A stretch of DNA of 62,128 bases, filler included, from an uncultured Planctomycetales bacterium (GTDB taxonomy: Bacteria > Omnitrophota > Gorgyraeia > Gygaellales > Profunditerraquicolaceae), in NCBI GenBank assembly GCA_964487475.1. It is 5 parts of 4 records of this genome, joined end to end, with 100 filler letters (N's around TTAATTAATTAA, not from the genome) between each part and the next. Parts side by side here need not be neighbours in the genome. Positions count along the whole stretch, not along the records: positions 17,396 to 37,223 come from CAZAPM010000003.1; positions 37,324 to 59,024 come from CAZAPM010000006.1; 3 more parts are not named here. One strand, written 5' to 3'. Shown in pieces: positions 28,690 to 38,969 of the stretch. Position 1 is the first letter of the stretch, and each line of letters starts with the position of its first letter. The notes below the pieces were generated by a model. It searched no databases, was not told the origin of the DNA, and was given only the letters and a program-made list of their open reading frames with translations. The position numbers and the translations under genes were made by a program.

Positions 28690-30325
28690 TCTGCACCTTC
28701 CCGATGACGCGCTGCTCCTTATAGCTTTGCGCGCCGTTCTCGCTCATATAATTGTTCCGCTCTCCGCGCACCACGAAATGCGAGCGCTGGTCCCCGGTCA
28801 GGGCGTAATCGAACTCCCAGAACGCCCGGTTGTTGAAATAATCCGTCGCCGGCTGGGAGCCGTCGACATCGGCCACGGTATTCCCGCAGCGCATCTTCAG
28901 CCGCGAGGCGAGATCGTACTGGGCATTGAACCCGACGGTAATGCTCGCGTCCTTGTCGTTATCCGTCTTGGTGCGGCGCAGCTCCAGGGAAGGCGAAAGA
29001 TCCACGTAGATACGCCGGTTAAAGAGCATATCCTCCCGCGCGCAGTTAAGCCCGATACGGTGGGAATACTCCGAAGAGGAACGGTTGGCACGGTCGCTGA
29101 ACTCCCGGAACTCATAGGAGATGCCCGCGGAGGTCGACTGGTCGAGGGAATCGTTCAGGGAAAATCCTGCGGTGCGGGTGATCCCGGCCGCGGAATTGCC
29201 CGCATCATCCGAGCGGCGCAGCTGGTAATTCGCATACGGCCGGAAGGTAAGGTCCGGACGGCCCGCGAACGGGCGCGCCTGCCAGACCAGGTACTTCTCG
29301 TCATTAAAGGTACGCTTGGTGCGGGAGCTTCCCTCCAGGTGGTCATAATGGTAATTTTCGGTGAAGGAAAGGGAATGCCGGTCGCTGAAACGGTAATCGA
29401 GGGTGGTCTGATACTGCTGCTTGTCCGCTGCGGCGGAGCCGACCTCGGTGTAGAATTCGGGGGCGGCCCGCTGGAAAAGATGCTTCACGTTGAACCTTCC
29501 CCAGCGCAGCGAAGGCATCAGCCTGACCGCGGTGCCGGATCGGGTATCGTTCGATGCGTCCTCGTCCTCGATATAGTCGCTGCGGGCGACCTCGTACAGG
29601 AACGCCAGATATTTGCGCAGGGCCATGTCCCCGTGCACGCTGACCACCGTATTACGCAGGTCCCGGGTGTTGCCGGAGCGGTTGACCGTCGCCGAATCGT
29701 CCTGCGAGGTCGCTGCCTGCACTCCGACCAGGAAATTGGAGAACACCGCGGATTCGGGAAAAAGCTTATACTCGGCCTGCGCGCCGAACACGTTGCGCTG
29801 GTACTTCTCCGTGGTCACATCCGGCCGGGCAGTGCGCCCGGCGATCATTTTGTACGCCTGGCCGGAGGAAGGCGCGACTTCCGCATTGAGCCCTTCCAGG
29901 CTGGCACCCAGCACGAACTGGCTGAAGTCACCGTAAAAATCTCCGAATTCCAGCAGATTGGCCTGGTTATAGGCTTTGACGTTCATCTGCTTGAGACGTA
30001 CGTCACGCCTCGGCTCGATGCGCCGGTTATCGGTCTTGCGGAGAAACCACTGGCCCTCGAACTGATACTGGCGGGGAAGGTTCTTTTGCAGGTTGAGGTT
30101 CAACTCGCTGTTGTAATCCGTGCCCCGCTCCAGGAAGGATTTCGAGGTGTTGCCCGCCACGTCATTCCAGGCGACCTCCTGGGTAAAAGTACCGCTCACC
30201 TTAGGGCCGGCATCCGCAGGAACCCCTGCGCCCGCGCCCCCCAAATAAAAAACCTCGGCTGCGAACGCCGAGGTCGTCATACTTACTGCCGCCACAAGTC
30301 CCGGGATGATAGTACGAAAGGTCAT
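28679..30325 (-). CDS. Outer-membrane beta-barrel protein of unknown family
   Basis: Signal peptide ending SAFA; amphipathic beta strands throughout; terminal QIAF. Confidence 0.8.
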   Translation of the reverse strand: MTFRTIIPGLVAAVSMTTSAFAAEVFYLGGAGAGVPADAGPKVSGTFTQEVAWNDVAGNTSKSFLERGTDYNSELNLNLQKNLPRQYQFEGQWFLRKTDNRRIEPRRDVRLKQMNVKAYNQANLLEFGDFYGDFSQFVLGASLEGLNAEVAPSSGQAYKMIAGRTARPDVTTEKYQRNVFGAQAEYKLFPESAVFSNFLVGVQAATSQDDSATVNRSGNTRDLRNTVVSVHGDMALRKYLAFLYEVARSDYIEDEDASNDTRSGTAVRLMPSLRWGRFNVKHLFQRAAPEFYTEVGSAAADKQQYQTTLDYRFSDRHSLSFTENYHYDHLEGSSRTKRTFNDEKYLVWQARPFAGRPDLTFRPYANYQLRRSDDAGNSAAGITRTAGFSLNDSLDQSTSAGISYEFREFSDRANRSSSEYSHRIGLNCAREDMLFNRRIYVDLSPSLELRRTKTDNDKDASITVGFNAQYDLASRLKMRCGNTVADVDGSQPATDYFNNRAFWEFDYALTGDQRSHFVVRGERNNYMSENGAQSYKEQRVIGKVQIAF

Positions 30326-30368
30326 CTTGTCTTTTGTTGGACCATCGTTATACCAAGGTAGTATGTCT

Positions 30369-30397
30369 ATTATGGCGAAAAGTCATTTCCTTGTCAA
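30369..30397 (-). promoter_or_regulatory. Sigma70-type promoter of the barrel/NTF2/giant operon
   Basis: TTGACA-N17-CATAAT on the minus strand. Confidence 0.7.
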
Positions 30398-30438
30398 GAA
30401 AGAGTTGCGGAGGATACGGGAAGGGGCATCTGCCCGTA

Positions 30439-32406
30439 CTACTCGTAACGCAGGGCTTCGATGGGATTGAGACGGGCAGCCTGCCGGGCAGGCCAGAGCC
30501 CGAAGACCACACCGATGATCACGGAGAATACGGTCGCCAGGGCCACGGAAGAAGTGGAGATCTTCACCGCCCATCCGGCGGATACGGTGATCAGGACCGC
30601 CACCCCGCACCCCAGAAGGATACCGCAGAGGCCGCCGATGAACGCCATCAGCACCGCTTCCACCAGGAACTGCATCAGGATATCCCGGGTGGTCGCGCCC
30701 AGCGCCTTGCGCAACCCTATCTCCCGGGTGCGCTCCGTGACCGAGACCAGCATGATGTTCATGATCCCGATCCCTCCTACCAGAAGGGAGATCGCGGCGA
30801 TGGAGCCTAAGAGCACGGACATGGTCTGCGTGGTCGCCTCCATCGTGGCGCGGATATCCGACATGTTGCGGATCTGGAAGGAATCCTCGTCCTCCGAAGG
30901 AAGCCGATGCTGCTTCCTGATCAGCGCCTCGATCGCCTGCGCTGCCGGCTCCATCAGACGCTCGTCTTTTATCTCCACGGACAGGGAATCGAGATATTCC
31001 TTGCCCAGCAGCCGGTACATCGCGGTGGTCACCGGGATCACCATCGTATCATCCTGGTCCCGGAAATGCGAAGCCCCCTTGGAAGGCAGCACGCCGATCA
31101 CCCGGAAATTCTGCAGGTTCACCTTGATGGTCTTCCCGACGGGATCATCCTCACCGAAAAGCTCTCTGGCCACGGTCGGCCCCAGAAGCACCACCTTCTC
31201 CCTGAGCTTTTCCTCCTCTTCGGTGAAGAACCTGCCCACCGGAGGCGTGGCGCTGCGCATCCGCTCGTACTCCGCGCCCACCCCTTCCACCTGGGTGTTC
31301 CAGTTCCTGTTCCCGTAAACCACCTGCGCCCTGCCCGCGACCGAAGGGCTTACCCCGGAAACGTATTCCCGCATCCGGGAGATCGCGGCGGCATCGGCAA
31401 AGGTGAAACGCGTGACGGAACCGGATTCCATCGCCACTCCGTGCATGCGCGAGGAACCGGGCCTTACCATCAGCAGGTTGGAACCCAAAGAAGCCAGCTG
31501 CTTACGGATCGACTCCTTGGCGCCTTCTCCCAAAGCGAGCATGGCGATCACCGCGGCGACGCCGATCAGGATCCCCAGGATGGAAAGGAAGGACCTCGCC
31601 TTATGCGACACCATCGCGGAGACCGCCTGCCGCACAAAATCGCCGAACTCCGCCTTGCCCACCTGATGGTGCGATTGCGCCACCGCGCTGCAGACCATCT
31701 GCCGGTGCGCCGAATCCTCAACCGGCACGGCCGCTTCCTTACGCCGGGTATCGGAAACGATCCTCCCGTCGCGCATGGTCACCACCCGCTGCGCATGCGC
31801 GGCCACCTCCTGCTCGTGGGTCACGACGATCACGGTCTTGCCTTTACGGTTGAGCTCCTTCAGTATACCGATGATCTCTTCCTTACTGCGGGAATCGAGG
31901 TTGCCGGTAGGCTCGTCCGCCAGGATAAGCAGCGGGTCGTTGACCAGAGCCCGGGCGATAGCCACGCGCTGCTGCTGTCCCCCGGAAAGCTCACTGGGCC
32001 GGTGCGTGCTGCGGTCAGCCAGGCCCACTTCACGGATCTTCTCCTGCGCAGAAGCCAGATGCGACCGTTTTCCCGCGTAGATGAGCGGCAAATGGGCGTT
32101 GGCCAGCGCGCTCATGCGCGGCAGAAGATGGAATTGCTGGAAGATGAAACCGATGAGCTGATTGCGCAGGGACGCAGCCTGGGTATCCTTCAGAGAGTGC
32201 ATCGCCGTGCCGCAGAGGAAATACTCTCCGGAGTCCGGAGCGTCCAGGAGCCCGAGCACGTGCATCAGCGTGGATTTTCCCGATCCGGAAGGGCCCATGA
32301 CCGCCACGAACTCTCCCGGCGCGATGGACAGGGTCACCCCCTGCAGGGCCTTGACCTCGATCTTGCCCATGAGATACGTCTTATGCAGGTCCTTTACTTC
32401 TATCAT
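30439..32406 (-). CDS. macB: MacB-type fused ABC ATPase/permease
   Basis: [56 protein letters not shown]. Confidence 0.95.
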   Translation of the reverse strand: MIEVKDLHKTYLMGKIEVKALQGVTLSIAPGEFVAVMGPSGSGKSTLMHVLGLLDAPDSGEYFLCGTAMHSLKDTQAASLRNQLIGFIFQQFHLLPRMSALANAHLPLIYAGKRSHLASAQEKIREVGLADRSTHRPSELSGGQQQRVAIARALVNDPLLILADEPTGNLDSRSKEEIIGILKELNRKGKTVIVVTHEQEVAAHAQRVVTMRDGRIVSDTRRKEAAVPVEDSAHRQMVCSAVAQSHHQVGKAEFGDFVRQAVSAMVSHKARSFLSILGILIGVAAVIAMLALGEGAKESIRKQLASLGSNLLMVRPGSSRMHGVAMESGSVTRFTFADAAAISRMREYVSGVSPSVAGRAQVVYGNRNWNTQVEGVGAEYERMRSATPPVGRFFTEEEEKLREKVVLLGPTVARELFGEDDPVGKTIKVNLQNFRVIGVLPSKGASHFRDQDDTMVIPVTTAMYRLLGKEYLDSLSVEIKDERLMEPAAQAIEALIRKQHRLPSEDEDSFQIRNMSDIRATMEATTQTMSVLLGSIAAISLLVGGIGIMNIMLVSVTERTREIGLRKALGATTRDILMQFLVEAVLMAFIGGLCGILLGCGVAVLITVSAGWAVKISTSSVALATVFSVIIGVVFGLWPARQAARLNPIEALRYE

Positions 32407-33353
32407 CTTCTTCCGGGCGCAAAGGGATTGGTCCCGCCTTCGGTCTTAGGAAGCGCGTATTTCTTCGACCTGACCACCAGCACCTCTTTTTCGTGCAATC
32501 CGGAGAGGATCTCGACGTTCTTATCGTCGCTTATCCCTCTTTTCACGCTGCGCCTGGCCGGCTCCCGGGCACCCGGGTCCTTGACCAGCACCCAAGACCC
32601 GTCCTTGTCGGTCATGACCGCCTCCTGGGGCACCAGCAGCGCGCGTTCGCTGCGGGAGACCACGCATTCGATCGAAGCGTTCATCCCCGACCGGAAAAAA
32701 CCCGGCACCGTATCCGGGATGATATCCACCTCATATATCGTCACGTTGTTCACGGTCTTGGACTCGTAATAGATGTGCTCGACCCTGCCCGGGATCCTCT
32801 GGCCGGGGTACGCATCCAGGATGATCACCGCCTCCTGGCCCAGCTTGATCTTCCCGATATCCGTCTCATCCACCTGCGCCCGGGCGATCAGATGGTCGGA
32901 AAGCACGATGACGGCATCGGTCGCCGCGAGCGACTGTCCCGGCTGGGTCTTGGAAACGATCACTTCCCCCTTGATCGGCGAGATTAAAGGAATGGGCTTG
33001 TACGCCTCCTGCCAGTAGGCGAGGGTTTCCTCCCCCTTGGCCCTCGCCGCATCGATCAGCGCCGCCCGCTCCGTCGAGCTCATCCAGGCCAGGACCTGCC
33101 CGGCAGTGACCTGCGAACCTTCCTGCACCAGGATCTGCTCCGCCCGGCCGGCGACCGGAGGCTTGATCTCCAACCGGTTCATGGGCAGCACCGTCCCGGT
33201 GGTGGAGATGACGGATTGGATCGTTGCCCGCACCGGCGCCACCTCGCGCACCGTCTCCGCCGGAGCCTTTTTCCCGAAAAACCACCCTCCCGCCAGAAGA
33301 GCGGATATCGCCGCCGCAACCCCCAGGACCATCCACCATTTTTTAGCCCGCAT
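32403..33353 (-). CDS. MacA-like periplasmic adaptor (membrane fusion protein) with short hairpin
   Basis: N-terminal anchor; lipoyl/barrel halves; VDETDIGKI, GMNASIE. Confidence 0.9.
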   Translation of the reverse strand: MRAKKWWMVLGVAAAISALLAGGWFFGKKAPAETVREVAPVRATIQSVISTTGTVLPMNRLEIKPPVAGRAEQILVQEGSQVTAGQVLAWMSSTERAALIDAARAKGEETLAYWQEAYKPIPLISPIKGEVIVSKTQPGQSLAATDAVIVLSDHLIARAQVDETDIGKIKLGQEAVIILDAYPGQRIPGRVEHIYYESKTVNNVTIYEVDIIPDTVPGFFRSGMNASIECVVSRSERALLVPQEAVMTDKDGSWVLVKDPGAREPARRSVKRGISDDKNVEILSGLHEKEVLVVRSKKYALPKTEGGTNPFAPGRR

Positions 33354-34641
33354 ATTCCAGTGTCACTCCTTTCGCCTGCACCCAGGCCGCCTCGGCGGCC
33401 AGCGCCGCAGCCTGCGATTCCAGGGAAGCTTTTTTGGCATTCACCAGGTCATTCTCAATGATGATCCAGTTATCGAAATCGATGAATCCGGTGGCATACT
33501 GCGCCTGGGCGATCCGGGAGCGCTCCTGCGCCGCCTCGAGCAGCTTGCGCTGTACCTCCACGTTATCCAGCGCATCCTGCAGCTGCGCCCAGGAAATCTC
33601 CAGCGCGACCAGCGCGGTATCCCGGGCCGAATGCTCCTGGGCCTGAGACTGGCGCAGCGCGGCCTTCGCCTGCGAAAGCTGCGCCCCCTGCAATCCGCCC
33701 TCGAACACCGGCACGCTCACCCCCACCCCGAGGCTCCACTGGCTGTTATTGGGTGGCCAGTATCCGCTGGATTTCTCCGCGGAGGCGCGCGCCGAGACTT
33801 CCGGAGCGAACCCGGCGCGGGCAGCGCGCTCGGAGAACCCGGCCGCCTGCCTGCGTGCCGCTGCCTGCAGCAGGGACGGATTATCCTTCAGCAGCGCCGC
33901 AAAATCCGGCCTGATACGTGCCTGATCCCTGACGGTGAAGTCCCCGGAGACCAGATACAGCGCCCCCTCCGCCTGACCCATTTCCTTTGCCAGCTGCCGC
34001 TGCGCCCTGACCAGCCCGCGTTTTGCCTGCGCCAGTTCAGCCTCAGCCGCCGCGAGGTTCGCCTCCGAGGCCAAAAGGGCGCCGCGGTGCTCCAGCCCGG
34101 ACTCATACTGCAGGGTGATCAGCATCAGATTGTCCCGGCGGATCTTCACGATATCTTCCATCACCGAAATGAGCGTTTGATATTTCAGCGCCTCGATGAA
34201 CGCGGTGCGCAGCGCGAAACGTACTTCGCTGGAGGCGAACCGGTACGCCTGTTGCGCCGCCGCAACCTGCGCGGATGCCGCGTCCTTGCGGCGCGCGGTG
34301 TTCGCGCCGTCGAAGATCAATTGCGTGGCGGCAACCCCGTACGAATAAGTATCCTGCGTCGCGCGGGTGGTGGAGTCCGTCTGGCTGCTGGTGGTGCTGC
34401 TGTAGCGGGTGGACGCATCCGCGGTCGCGCTCACCTGGGGAAGGGCTCCGCTTTGTTCGATGGATACCTGCGCCTGCTGCTGCGCCACCGCCTCAAGGGA
34501 AGCGATGAGGCCGGGATGGCTGCGCTGCGACCGCTCCAGGCACTGCTGCCAGGTAAGCGCCTCCTGCGCCTGCGCCGATACCAGGGACGCGGCGACACAC
34601 ACTCCCGCCGCCAATACTCGCGCGAAGTTACGCCTGGTCAT
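33343..34641 (-). CDS. TolC-family outer-membrane efflux protein
   Basis: Signal peptide; LPQVSA, QLIFDG, VPVFEGG OEP motifs. Confidence 0.92.
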   Translation of the reverse strand: MTRRNFARVLAAGVCVAASLVSAQAQEALTWQQCLERSQRSHPGLIASLEAVAQQQAQVSIEQSGALPQVSATADASTRYSSTTSSQTDSTTRATQDTYSYGVAATQLIFDGANTARRKDAASAQVAAAQQAYRFASSEVRFALRTAFIEALKYQTLISVMEDIVKIRRDNLMLITLQYESGLEHRGALLASEANLAAAEAELAQAKRGLVRAQRQLAKEMGQAEGALYLVSGDFTVRDQARIRPDFAALLKDNPSLLQAAARRQAAGFSERAARAGFAPEVSARASAEKSSGYWPPNNSQWSLGVGVSVPVFEGGLQGAQLSQAKAALRQSQAQEHSARDTALVALEISWAQLQDALDNVEVQRKLLEAAQERSRIAQAQYATGFIDFDNWIIIENDLVNAKKASLESQAAALAAEAAWVQAKGVTLEYAG

Positions 34642-34861
34642 TCTTTTTGAGTTTGTGCAGGGCCTGCGAGGCCTGTTCGATGAAACGGCTGAACTCCTGC
34701 GCCGGGATAAGGCCGATCGGCCCTCCCTCCCTGGCGAAGACAATGAGCCTATCCCCCGCCTTGATGCCGAAGGCCTTGCGCACGTCGGCCGGCACCACGA
34801 TCTGGCCGCGCTCCCCCAGCGTGACCGACCCGAAGATCTTGGGCCCGGTTACCTTTTCCAT
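34628..34861 (-). CDS. AbrB/MazE/SpoVT-family transcription regulator
   Basis: GSVTLGERGQIVVPADVRKAFGIKAGDRL. Confidence 0.92.
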   Translation of the reverse strand: MEKVTGPKIFGSVTLGERGQIVVPADVRKAFGIKAGDRLIVFAREGGPIGLIPAQEFSRFIEQASQALHKLKKNDQA

Positions 34862-34919
34862 TATACCTCCTACTAATATGATTTACATGTTATGTACGAA
34901 AAGTATGCTTCTCAGAGGC

Positions 34920-34948
34920 AGTATATACCCGTACCCTTACTCTGTCAA
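34920..34948 (-). promoter_or_regulatory. Sigma70-type promoter of the abrB-tolC-macAB operon
   Basis: TTGACA-N17-TATACT. Confidence 0.75.
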
Positions 34949-34989
34949 CGGAAAAGCCCGGGATTGCGGTAGCGTAAAAAAGCGGGCGG

Positions 34990-36078
34990 TTAGTGTGCGA
35001 GAAGATGGCGGCGGGCGTCCCCGGCCAGCTCGGCGATGAGTTCCTTGACCGACACGATCTTGGTGATGCGGTGCGCGTTGCTTCCGCACATGGCGAACCC
35101 TTTATCCAGGTTGCCGCGGTAGGCGTTGATCAGCGCTTTGGCGATGCAGTAGTTGACCTTGCCCGGATCGCAGGTAGCCAGGCACTGGTAGGCGCAATCG
35201 AAATCGATGCGCTCTCCCGAGGTGATCTTTTTGACGAACTCGCTGTTGATCACCCGTCCGGGCATGCCCACGGGACTGTTGATGACCACGATATCCTTGT
35301 CCGTGCAGGAAAGATACAGTTCCTTGTATTTGGGGGACGCGTCGCATTCGGTGGTGCAGACGAAACGGGTGGCCATCTGCACGCCGCTGGCGCCCAGCCT
35401 GATCACCCGCGCGATATCCTTGCCGTCGTATATCCCTCCGGCGGCGATCACCGGTATTCCGGCGCCGCCGGCAGAGAACTCCTTGACCGCCTGCAGCACG
35501 TCCACCAGTATGCCGTCGAGATTGAAATGCTCGGGATCCGCCAGCTCGGCGCGGCTGTATCCTAGATGGCCTCCGGCCAAAGGACCTTCCACGATCACGG
35601 CATCCGGCAGCCGCTTATACCTTCTCTGCCAGGTGCTGCAGATGAGCCTGGCCGCCCGGCCGGAAGATACGATGGGAATAAGCTTGGTCACGGAGTTCTT
35701 GACCAGGGAAGGGAGCTTCAAAGGGAGGCCCGCGCCGGAGATGATCACGTCCACCGCTTCCTTCTGGGCGACATCCACCATGGCGTCGTAATCCGTCAGC
35801 GCGCACATAAGGTTCACGCCGAAAGGCTTCTTCGTCTTGGAGCGGGTTTCCCGGATGATATCCCCTAAGGCCGCGCAGGAGCGCGTGCCGAAATCGACGC
35901 CCTCCGTGCCCTCTTCTCCCAGGCCCACGGCCGCGATCACGCCAAGACCGCCTTCGTTGGACACGGCGGAGGCCAGCGAGGACGCGGACACCCGTACCCC
36001 CATGCCCCCCTGGATGATCGGGATTTCTATGTGCAGACCGCCGATGACCAGGTCCTTGAATTCTTTATTCACGCGCAA
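34990..36078 (-). CDS. Nitronate monooxygenase/FabK-like flavoenzyme
   Basis: PIIQGGMGV, EGPLAGGHLG, IAAGGI, GVQMATRF, SPVGMPGR, C..CL..C...YCI. Confidence 0.92.
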   Translation of the reverse strand: MRVNKEFKDLVIGGLHIEIPIIQGGMGVRVSASSLASAVSNEGGLGVIAAVGLGEEGTEGVDFGTRSCAALGDIIRETRSKTKKPFGVNLMCALTDYDAMVDVAQKEAVDVIISGAGLPLKLPSLVKNSVTKLIPIVSSGRAARLICSTWQRRYKRLPDAVIVEGPLAGGHLGYSRAELADPEHFNLDGILVDVLQAVKEFSAGGAGIPVIAAGGIYDGKDIARVIRLGASGVQMATRFVCTTECDASPKYKELYLSCTDKDIVVINSPVGMPGRVINSEFVKKITSGERIDFDCAYQCLATCDPGKVNYCIAKALINAYRGNLDKGFAMCGSNAHRITKIVSVKELIAELAGDARRHLLAH

Positions 36079-36094
36079 CCCCTTGGATTAATAG

Positions 36095-36134
36095 AAAAAA
36101 CGCCGTTCAAAGATTAGCAGCTCCCTGAACGGCG
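36095..36134 (-). terminator. Intrinsic terminator hairpin upstream of the FabK-like gene
   Basis: Minus strand CGCCGTTCAGGGA-N8-TCTTTGAACGGCG-TTTTTT. Confidence 0.8.
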
Positions 36135-36174
36135 CAGATCTTCTAAACTTTAAAGTGAACCCGTCTTTTTCTCT

Positions 36175-36202
36175 ATTGTAACACGGTTGGTCGGCATTAC
36201 AA
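36175..36202 (-). promoter_or_regulatory. Probable sigma70 promoter
   Basis: TTGTAA-N16-TACAAT with TG extension. Confidence 0.6.
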
Positions 36203-36205
36203 GCC

Positions 36206-37223
36206 TTATTTGTTTCCGTCAGGCTCATCGAACACCGTTAACGCCAGCTCCAGGGGCACGAACCCCATGGTGCTCTGCACGGTATGCGTTTCTCCGAGGC
36301 TCACCCGCTTCGCGTCAAAACCGGCAGCGATCACGAAATCGTGCACCGCTTTGGCGCGCTCAAGCGCCAGCGCCTCCAAGGCGGTCTTATCGGGTGCCGC
36401 CTCATCAATAAGGCGGCGTTTGATCTCCTCGTTGATCTTGGCATTATCATAGCTGCCGTCCTTCGACTGATACGAGCGGGTCAGCGCCCAAAGCGCGCGG
36501 ATGCCGAAACTGCGCTGATACAGCGTCTGGGACACCCAATCATCGGTGCGGTCCGACTCCTCGGAAAGCACCCGGTAATCCCGGTGGTACACCTCCGTTT
36601 TTATCGCCTTCCAGTCGACCGCGGGGTCATACGCACCGTTCACTTTCAGCAGGAGCTTCGGGCGGGTCTGCAGCCCCTTGACGATCAGGCTAAGTTTCGT
36701 CTTCTCCTCCTCCGAAAGCGAGGATGCGCCGGGAGAAAAACGCACATACCCCATCTCCTCGGTGCCGGCCTCTGCGCCAAGCATGGAGCCCAGGAAAGAG
36801 AAAGGTTTGGTGATGAGCTTGAAGAAAAAGTTCCTCGCCACCTGGCCGATGAGATGGAAATAATGGAACTCCGGACTGCTCATGTCCCCGGTGACCGGAA
36901 GGGCGATGCTGATACGGTCCTCGGAGTCCTCCAGCAGCGCCAAAGCCAGCCCGAAAGGCAGGTTCAGCGCATCCTTGCTTTCCACCTTCTGGCCAAATTC
37001 GAAGCGCTGCACCAGCACCTTATGGCTGGCGGTAAGGGTGTTCTCCGAGATACGGTAATCCATTTTGACGTCGAGGCTTCCCTCCTTGACCGCCCGGCCG
37101 GTATACTTGCCCACATAGGGGGTCAGCACCTGCAACGCGTATCCGCTGAGGGTAAAGGTCACCTCCGCCTGCAGCGGCTGGGACAGGGGGATCATCACCG
37201 CCTCCATCCCGATCCGGCCCTTC
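36206..37223 (-). CDS. DUF748-family protein, C-terminal part (OmpA-like tail)
   Basis: LTPYVGKYTG...G, LPFGLALALLED...ISIALPVTGD..SPEF, LQTRPKLLLKVNG, LALERAKAV; 5' end cut. Confidence 0.85.
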
Positions 37224-37323
37224 NNNNNNNNNNNNNNNNNNNNNNNNNNNNNNNNNNNNNNNNNNNNTTAATTAATTAANNNNNNNNNNNNNNNNNNNNN
37301 NNNNNNNNNNNNNNNNNNNNNNN
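37224..37323. other. Artificial contig-join spacer
   Basis: N run containing TTAATTAATTAA. Confidence 0.98.
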
Positions 37324-37390
37324 CCATCACCTCTGCGTTTAGAAGTACCTGATAAGTATCTTACTACTTTATGTGCCGAAGTCAACCCCC

Positions 37391-37900
37391 TTAAGAAGTA
37401 TGCAGGAATGAGAATTTCTCGATACGGGAGCGCGATTCCTCGCTGAACTTGACCAGCAAAAGATACTCTCCCCGCGCATCACCGGCATCCGAAATACGCT
37501 CCACAACCCCGTGATACTCCAGCGCCCGGGATGCCGATAAGCCCGCCAGCCAGCGGACCGAGACCTCTTCCCCGGGGGTGAAACGCGCCGGAATCCGGCA
37601 AAGCACGCCCCTGCTGCTGACGTCAACGGTCCTGGCCGGGAATATCTCTCCTGCGCGGATAAGCTGCACGCTGCTGTGCAGGTGAAAACGCCGGAACTTG
37701 CGCTGCTCCAGGAAGATAGTGCGATCCTGGCTCTCAATGGCATGCGCATCCCTCCAGGCCGGCCCGAACCGGCGCATCCAGTCCGTGGCAGCGCTGCCGA
37801 ACCCGATCTCCCTTCCGGCTTTCTGGCTCTCGATCCACTGATGCTTCCGTATCTCCGAAACCGCCCTGGGATCCCGCAAATAAGGATAGTTGTTTTTCAC
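37391..37900 (-). CDS. PilZ-domain protein with N-terminal DUF4032-like helical domain
   Basis: EIRKHQWIESQKAGREIGFGSAATDW; PilZ RKFRR and DVSSRG motifs. Confidence 0.8.
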   Translation of the reverse strand: MKNNYPYLRDPRAVSEIRKHQWIESQKAGREIGFGSAATDWMRRFGPAWRDAHAIESQDRTIFLEQRKFRRFHLHSSVQLIRAGEIFPARTVDVSSRGVLCRIPARFTPGEEVSVRWLAGLSASRALEYHGVVERISDAGDARGEYLLLVKFSEESRSRIEKFSFLHTS

Positions 37901-38023
37901 CGTGGCCTCTCTTTTAAATAGGAAAAGTTTTACCTATTTTAATGAGACCTTCCCAAAAAGCAAGAGAAAAGTGGATTTTCCGACGGGAAATTACTCCTCC
38001 GCGCCTCGCTGCGTCCGGCAGGA

Positions 38024-38236
38024 TCAGGCCATCCCCTGCAGAGGCTGTCCCAGGTAAGATACCACCGCGGTAATGGTGAGGACCAGCAGTACGAAGAAGT
38101 TGGATACGCATACCCGCGCCAGTATCCGGGTATTCCTGATAAGCGGGTGCAGGACAAACGAAAGCATGACGCTGAATGCCAGAGAAAACACGATGCAGGA
38201 AAACGCAAGTTCCAGGATGAACAGGATACGCTCCAT
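38024..38236 (-). CDS. Small two-TM membrane protein
   Basis: Two hydrophobic helices; G-rich RBS. Confidence 0.6.
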   Translation of the reverse strand: MERILFILELAFSCIVFSLAFSVMLSFVLHPLIRNTRILARVCVSNFFVLLVLTITAVVSYLGQPLQGMA

Positions 38237-38338
38237 AGCCCCCCCCTTTTTTTCTATGCGCTACTTATAATACGCGGAGGGCGCGGAAAAGTTTCAGGAA
38301 AATCGGAGGGCAGGACGGGGAGGCGAAACGGAGAGCCG

Positions 38339-38743
38339 TTAACTTCCCTTCAGGCGGGATTCGATCATGGAGACGAAATTCGAGATGTCCTTCCGGGTAT
38401 ACTCGTTCACGTTCAGGAACGCGATGCCCAGGCGATACAACCCGTCGGGCATCAGGTTATTGGAACCCACTTTTCCCAAAAGCTCGAGCGCGCCGAAAAA
38501 CTCTCCCTTAGGGCCGACGGAATCGAAGAGGGTGAACTTGACCGTAAGCTCCGTTCCCACCGTCACATTGACATCGGTGCGGATGGCCATGCCGCCTTCG
38601 CCGATATCCACCATCACCGCCTCGTTCTCCCCTTTTTCATCGCGGATCAGGACGTGCAAAGGGCCGTTCTTGCGGTAGACCACCGTCAGGCCGACTTTTA
38701 CGCGCTTGAACTTCCGCCTTTCCATCCCCGTGAAACCCGACAT
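38339..38743 (-). CDS. Stand-alone PilZ-domain protein
   Basis: ERRKFKR, DIGEGG, YRLGIAF; GAGG RBS. Confidence 0.88.
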   Translation of the reverse strand: MSGFTGMERRKFKRVKVGLTVVYRKNGPLHVLIRDEKGENEAVMVDIGEGGMAIRTDVNVTVGTELTVKFTLFDSVGPKGEFFGALELLGKVGSNNLMPDGLYRLGIAFLNVNEYTRKDISNFVSMIESRLKGS

Positions 38744-38831
38744 ACACACCTCGCGTTGAGCACACAGGGCTTGCGGACCTGCCCCTGCCCGCATCACCCT
38801 CCTTTTACCCCTGACCATTGCTTCTTACTGC

Positions 38832-38860
38832 ACTATACCCGCCTGTCCGCCTGTTGTCAA
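38832..38860 (-). promoter_or_regulatory. Sigma70-type promoter
   Basis: TTGACA-N17-TATAGT. Confidence 0.7.
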
Positions 38861-38907
38861 TGGGGCAGGAGGTCCGGTCCCGGGGAATCCCGGGGAGGGA
38901 TACACTC

Positions 38908-38941
38908 AAAGAAAAGGGCTGAACGTGTAGTCCAGCCCTTT
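38908..38941 (-). terminator. Intrinsic terminator after the TRL-like gene
   Basis: AAAGGGCTGGAC...GTTCAGCCCTTTTCTTT on the minus strand. Confidence 0.75.
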
Positions 38942-38969
38942 CCCTGCAGATCCTGCCTTTTACGGGATA

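Noticed and set aside
34966..34976. GCGGTAGCGT ops-like sequence
   Set aside because: It lies on the plus strand while both flanking genes are minus-strand, so it is on the wrong strand to act.
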